Part shown: positions 59,956 to 64,000 of the stretch, piece by piece
Position numbering within the stretch: the stretch's first letter is position 1
Layout: each line of letters begins with the position of its first letter
NCBI GenBank assembly: GCA_001595945.1
Contig: LSSI01000089.1
Span: 453-64,452, forward strand
Length of the DNA: 64,000 nucleotides
From: Thermoplasmatales archaeon SM1-50
GTDB lineage: Archaea; Thermoplasmatota; E2; DHVEG-1
Direction of reading: 5' to 3'
Made by a program: the position numbers and the translations under genes
The notes under the pieces: generated by a model
Told to the model about the DNA's origin: nothing
Databases searched by the model: none
The model's input: the letters and a program-made list of their open reading frames with translations, nothing else

Positions 59956-60417
59956 ATGAGAAAACACTATACTGAAGAACTTATTGCGCCCTGTGGGATG
60001 AATTGTAACATATGTAGCGGATACCTTGCATTGAAATATAAATTGAAAAATACAGGGATTCATATCCCGTACTGTAAAGGATGTCGACCGCGGGACAAAC
60101 AATGCGCGTTTCTTAAAAAAAGATGTAAACGACTCCAAAATAAAACTGTTCAGTTTTGTTATGAATGTCCAAAGTATCCTTGTGAGAACCTCAACCATAT
60201 CGATTCGAGATATCGGACGTTTTTCCAGATGAGCTTTCTTGAAAATCTTAGGGATATCAAGGAGTATGGCATGGAGAAATTCCTAAGGAAAGAGGAAAAG
60301 AAATGGGGGTGTCCAACGTGTGGAGGCGTGTTATGCTGCCATAACGGACTGTGTTTCTGGTGTGATAGGGAAACATTAAAAACAAAGAGAAAACTGTATA
60401 GATGGGAAAATGAGTAA
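59956..60417 (+). CDS. DUF3795-like Cys-rich protein
   Basis: CGMNCNICSGY...YCKGCRP...FCYECPKYPCENL Cys spacing typical of DUF3795. Start taken at MRKHYTEEL. Confidence 0.5.
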   Translation: MRKHYTEELIAPCGMNCNICSGYLALKYKLKNTGIHIPYCKGCRPRDKQCAFLKKRCKRLQNKTVQFCYECPKYPCENLNHIDSRYRTFFQMSFLENLRDIKEYGMEKFLRKEEKKWGCPTCGGVLCCHNGLCFWCDRETLKTKRKLYRWENE

Positions 60418-60739
60418 AAAACAAGTCATTTTCTGTGGATACCGATGTGATTTATGTCCGGCTTTTGTGAAAAATAAAAACCGATTTATTGATAGAACGA
60501 CCTTGAGAGCGGGATGGAACACTTTCTTTGGTTTTGATATCCCTGAAGAACGTATCATCTGTGTTGGTTGTGTTAAGAAAGGAGATCATTTGGATACAGG
60601 GTGTACCGTTCAACCCTGTGCTCTAAGCAAACCTCTTCAGAATTGCTCGCTTTTGGCCTTTTTGAATCCTGTCATACTCCCATATTGCATGCGGATATAC
60701 TTGATGAGATTAAAAAGACATATCGTGGGAAGATTTTAA
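60410..60739 (+). CDS. Second DUF3795-like Cys-rich protein, possibly frameshifted
   Basis: FCGYRCDLCPAF...CVGCVKKGDHLDTGCTVQPCA. The C-terminus looks unnatural, while the +1-shifted frame (60601..60813) continues with more protein-like sequence. Confidence 0.3.
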   Translation: MSKKQVIFCGYRCDLCPAFVKNKNRFIDRTTLRAGWNTFFGFDIPEERIICVGCVKKGDHLDTGCTVQPCALSKPLQNCSLLAFLNPVILPYCMRIYLMRLKRHIVGRF

Positions 60740-60817
60740 AAGGGGAGTATTCAGTATTTTTACCACCCTATGAAGGTCGGAGAGAATTGAAAAAACAACG
60801 GAAGACGAGGTGATTTC

Positions 60818-61321
60818 ATGGTATATAAAAGGAAATCATGGCAGGAGAAACTTGCTGATAAAAAAGGGTTGCCGAAGGTCTTGAGATTACAGAAAAATTT
60901 CCCGTGTTACAACGCTGTTCATAGAATGGGTGCTGAGATTGGGGATGATGTCGTGTTGGTAAACCCAAGTGAAATCGTTAATCTTATGAAACAGGTTCCG
61001 AAAGGAAAGCTGATTACTCTTATTGAGATATGTAAGACGATAGCCAAAAACCATCATGTTCAAGCATGTTGTTCTCTTACAACCGGAATTTTCATTATGA
61101 TTGCAGCAAATGCAGAAAAAGAGGCAAAAAACCAGGGGAAAACTCTTGACATCCCATATTGGCGTACCTTAAAAGCAGATGGATCCTTAAATGAAAAATA
61201 CCCTGGTGGAGCACAGGCACAGAAAAAAATACTTGAACAAGAAGGATTTACCGTACAGAAAAAAGGGAAGAAATTTTTCGTAAAAGATTTTGAGAAATAT
61301 ATTGAAGAGGTGAAACAATAA
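60818..61321 (+). CDS. MGMT-family / alkyltransferase-like (ATL) DNA-binding domain protein lacking the reactive Cys
   Basis: IPYWRTLKADGSLN...KKILEQEGFTV aligns to the PCHRVV...LLxxEGV region of O6-alkylguanine alkyltransferases, with Tyr-Trp in place of Cys-His. Tentative. Confidence 0.4.
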   Translation: MVYKRKSWQEKLADKKGLPKVLRLQKNFPCYNAVHRMGAEIGDDVVLVNPSEIVNLMKQVPKGKLITLIEICKTIAKNHHVQACCSLTTGIFIMIAANAEKEAKNQGKTLDIPYWRTLKADGSLNEKYPGGAQAQKKILEQEGFTVQKKGKKFFVKDFEKYIEEVKQ

Positions 61322-61428
61322 ATAAAGAAGAGTGTTGTCCGAAGTTTGATCCCTCACCTTGGGATGGTAAGTTATTTGAATGGAACCAGAAGAGGTTTAT
61401 AAAGGATAATGTTGCAACGTTTCTTTAT

Positions 61429-61788
61429 ATGCCTTTGAATTTTGGAAAGGTTATGAAGCGACTTGATGAAAAAGTACGAAATGCCTCTGCAACGATTCCT
61501 GGCCAGGTCTGTTTATCAGAACATACATCAAAGTGGAATATGGATGTGTATCTTGCGGTTGATAAGGAAATCCCCGATGCAGAGAATATGATGTTAAGCG
61601 GGAAGTTTCTTACTAAGGTCTATGAAGGTCCTTTTCAAGATACCGGGAAATGGTGTAAGGATTTTGAACAGTTCGCATCAAGCAAAGGTGTACAGATTTC
61701 AAAATGGTATATGTGGTATACAACATGTCCGAAATGTGCTGAGAAATATGGAAAAAATTACGTGGTGATTGTCGCGCTGGTCACGTAA
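61429..61788 (+). CDS. Hypothetical protein
   Basis: 119-aa ORF with no motif recognised. Confidence 0.3.
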   Translation: MPLNFGKVMKRLDEKVRNASATIPGQVCLSEHTSKWNMDVYLAVDKEIPDAENMMLSGKFLTKVYEGPFQDTGKWCKDFEQFASSKGVQISKWYMWYTTCPKCAEKYGKNYVVIVALVT

Positions 61789-61809
61789 TCCTCCATAAGA
61801 GCCCATTCC

Positions 61810-62037
61810 ATGATGCCAAAAGTAATCCTACATAATTCGATTAGCATCGATGGTTCACTTACTTCTTTTGAACCAGATATGGAGTTGCATTATCGGATCG
61901 CTGGATGGTACAAACCTGATGTCCCTTTGATTGGTTCGAATACCATCACAGCAGGTATAGAATTGTATGAGGGTGATATTCCAAAGGAGGAAATATCTGA
62001 TTTTAAAAAACCAAAACCGACTACACAAAAGTCATAA
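61810..62037 (+). CDS. Truncated dihydrofolate reductase-like (RibD C-terminal domain) fragment
   Basis: MMPKVILHNSISIDGSLTSFEP matches the N-terminus of the RibD_C/DHFR family, but the ORF is only 75 aa against roughly 180 expected. Likely a gene remnant. Confidence 0.4.
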   Translation: MMPKVILHNSISIDGSLTSFEPDMELHYRIAGWYKPDVPLIGSNTITAGIELYEGDIPKEEISDFKKPKPTTQKS

Positions 62038-62048
62038 GTAAAAAATTT

Positions 62049-62615
62049 TTATAAAATCCGTTCGAGTTTCCCAGCGAGTGGTGTCAGTAACGTAATATGT
62101 TTCTTTTCCTCTTTTATTAAAAATTCGAGATGCTTAAAAAACTGGTCTGAGTTGCTGCCTGTCCATATCTTTTTTAGAAATTCTTTATCTGTAAAAGTAT
62201 GCAATTTTGTATATAAATCCAGGGCGAGGTGCTCGTTTTTTAGCAGTTCTGTGATGATTTCCTCATCCCATTTTCCTTTAAAATCTATTTCTTTTTCCTT
62301 GAGACCCGCATAGTCTTCAAGGTTTTTCACTGTGACTTCTTTGAGGTGTGTGATGAGCTGTGTAAGAATTATTTTATGCTTTTCAGAGTCATGGGAGATT
62401 TGAAATAAGGCGTTTCTGTAATTTTCGTTTTTAATAGTCATATATGCCTGCCATTGCATGATGTTCTCAAACTGTGTCTCTAACCAGTAGGCTTTGCCAA
62501 AAAGGGATAAGAATTCTTCCTGTGTCGTGATTTTAAGGTCAGTATTGTTCATAGATGGTGTTATCTCATTTGCGGTATAAAACCCCTCTGTTTTTCTTTT
62601 CACGGAGCACATCAC
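62049..62615 (-). CDS. Hypothetical protein
   Basis: 188-aa hydrophilic, helical ORF with no motif recognised. Confidence 0.35.
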   Translation of the reverse strand: MMCSVKRKTEGFYTANEITPSMNNTDLKITTQEEFLSLFGKAYWLETQFENIMQWQAYMTIKNENYRNALFQISHDSEKHKIILTQLITHLKEVTVKNLEDYAGLKEKEIDFKGKWDEEIITELLKNEHLALDLYTKLHTFTDKEFLKKIWTGSNSDQFFKHLEFLIKEEKKHITLLTPLAGKLERIL

Positions 62616-62635
62616 TCTTATATCCTCTCCTCGCT

Positions 62636-63346
62636 TCAGAATTTTTTATTGAAAAGGTAGAAGAGCAATCCAAGGAATATAAGATGAACGGAAAATCCGA
62701 TTCCAAGGTAGATACCATCATGGCTACCGGTCGTCAGTATTTTTTCTAGAGCATTAAATGTCCAGAAATTTGGGATAACACCAAGGATGTATTTCCAATC
62801 CCCAGCGATAAAAAAGGAAAATAACGGTAGGAAAAATACGCTGCCAAGCATCTTGAAAATCGCGAATGCTTGGATTTTGTTGCTTGCAAGGTTATTGACG
62901 ATGAGTGCGAGAATCGGAGCAAACAGGGAGAACAGTATAGCGATTGGGAGAAAGTCGATAAGGGAAATTTCGATTAACCCAGAGAGTAGGGGGAAGAAGA
63001 AAATAAAAACAAAGCAGAGACACATGATAAACATAATGCGGTAGAGAAGATAGCTGGTTCGGGAAATAGGCATGACTCTAAGGACTGTGAGGAGGTTTTC
63101 GTCTCGTTCGTCCATGATGAGAAATGCGATGATGAACCCGAAAATCATCGGAAAAAAAATAGCAAACATCATGAAAAGAAGCGAATAGTACCTCGTGAGA
63201 TCAAATACATTGTCAGATATCCAGGGGATGATAAGTCGACAAAGAATAACCAAAACAATGGGAAATACAAAGGCAGAATACAGCAAGATACGGTCTCTGA
63301 TGATGTTGCGTAGGTCGTTGGCCATGAGCTGTGTGATGGATACCAT
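62636..63346 (-). CDS. ABC-2 type permease-like polytopic membrane protein
   Basis: Six hydrophobic helices. Start taken at MVSITQLMANDLRNI, immediately after the stop of the upstream permease gene. Confidence 0.45.
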   Translation of the reverse strand: MVSITQLMANDLRNIIRDRILLYSAFVFPIVLVILCRLIIPWISDNVFDLTRYYSLLFMMFAIFFPMIFGFIIAFLIMDERDENLLTVLRVMPISRTSYLLYRIMFIMCLCFVFIFFFPLLSGLIEISLIDFLPIAILFSLFAPILALIVNNLASNKIQAFAIFKMLGSVFFLPLFSFFIAGDWKYILGVIPNFWTFNALEKILTTGSHDGIYLGIGFSVHLIFLGLLFYLFNKKF

Positions 63347-63348
63347 GG

Positions 63349-64000
63349 TTAGGATCCTCCCTGAATGATGTGCTTGTAGAACGCTTTGTGTGCGAGGTAG
63401 TAACATAACCCTATCCAGATGATGAGGTATGCTACCGCGTAGACGGTGTCGATGACCTCAATCTCAGTAAAAGTCCCTTTAAGTAAAAGGAACGACGCCT
63501 GGGTTGGCCAAAGGTAAAACAAGGTGTTTTCATAAATATGACTGGTATGTAACAGCGGTGGGAGAAAAATTACTATGAACGACAACATGATCATAAGGAG
63601 ATATTCGTTAAGGCTGCGACATCGAGAGACAAAAATAAACCCTATAAGAATAAGAAGAACGGATGTGAGTATTAGGCCGGCGAGGAAGTAGATGATGTTA
63701 AAATCAAAGCCTTGCGTGAGAAGGAGAAAAAGGATACCAGTAATAAGTGATAACAGGGTAAGTGAAATGATTTTTGAGAAGAAATAGGTGTTGATTTTTA
63801 TAGGTGTGACAATAAGTGCTTGTAGTGTGTTTTCTGTTTTTTCGAATAAAACTAATGCACCCACAAACATGATTCCGATGAGCATTGGGTCAAAAAAAAG
63901 AAATGTGGTACGCATTTCCAAAGAGTTCATCAGTGGCACGGCTTCAAGCATAAGGTAGTAAAGAATGACACTTGCAAAAGCGATATAGATGATTTTATAC
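63349..64000 (-). CDS. ABC-2 type permease-like polytopic membrane protein (5' end probably outside the window)
   Basis: Multi-TM hydrophobic ORF. The reading frame stays open to the window edge. Confidence 0.4.
   Translation of the reverse strand, partial: YKIIYIAFASVILYYLMLEAVPLMNSLEMRTTFLFFDPMLIGIMFVGALVLFEKTENTLQALIVTPIKINTYFFSKIISLTLLSLITGILFLLLTQGFDFNIIYFLAGLILTSVLLILIGFIFVSRCRSLNEYLLMIMLSFIVIFLPPLLHTSHIYENTLFYLWPTQASFLLLKGTFTEIEVIDTVYAVAYLIIWIGLCYYLAHKAFYKHIIQGGS

Overview
AT-rich archaeal chromosomal segment. Pelota, the RqcH/NEMF homologue, DUF424, Mut7-C, FprA and an AmrS-like protein are archaeal-type, and Pelota aligns closely to Thermoplasma Pelota, so the source is probably a Thermoplasmata-like archaeon. 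About 50 protein genes are supportable; no tRNA, rRNA or CRISPR arrays were found. The housekeeping core includes purM, thiL, a pelota-rqcH ribosome-rescue pair, dcd, two cyclophilins, fprA, a mini RNase III, radical SAM enzymes and an M29 aminopeptidase. The dominant theme is an unusually dense accessory secretome of peptidases: six clan-CD cysteine-peptidase homologues (one legumain/C13-like, four gingipain/C25-like paralogues, one giant PPC-fused C25/C11-like), two M14 carboxypeptidases, an M28 aminopeptidase plus a decayed M28 pseudogene, and a signal-peptide-bearing pyroglutamyl peptidase. Alongside them are secreted BNR, beta-helix, FG-GAP/PKD and transglutaminase-like proteins. Notable details: (1) one C25 gene is interrupted by a single in-frame TAG; (2) two C25-like paralogues share near-identical DNA tracts, consistent with gene conversion; (3) three unrelated secreted enzymes end in the same PKD-like module plus a hydrophobic tail, a candidate new sorting or anchoring signal; (4) a stand-alone RAM domain gene sits next to a polytopic membrane protein fused to a RAM domain and an aminopeptidase; (5) a radical SAM-HhH protein is co-operonic with a catalytic-domain-only RNase III; (6) GC-rich patches (LuxE/GH3-like adenylating enzyme, DUF763, a 943-aa transglutaminase-like protein) look horizontally acquired. 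All calls come from reading the translations and DNA by eye; no database searches were run.
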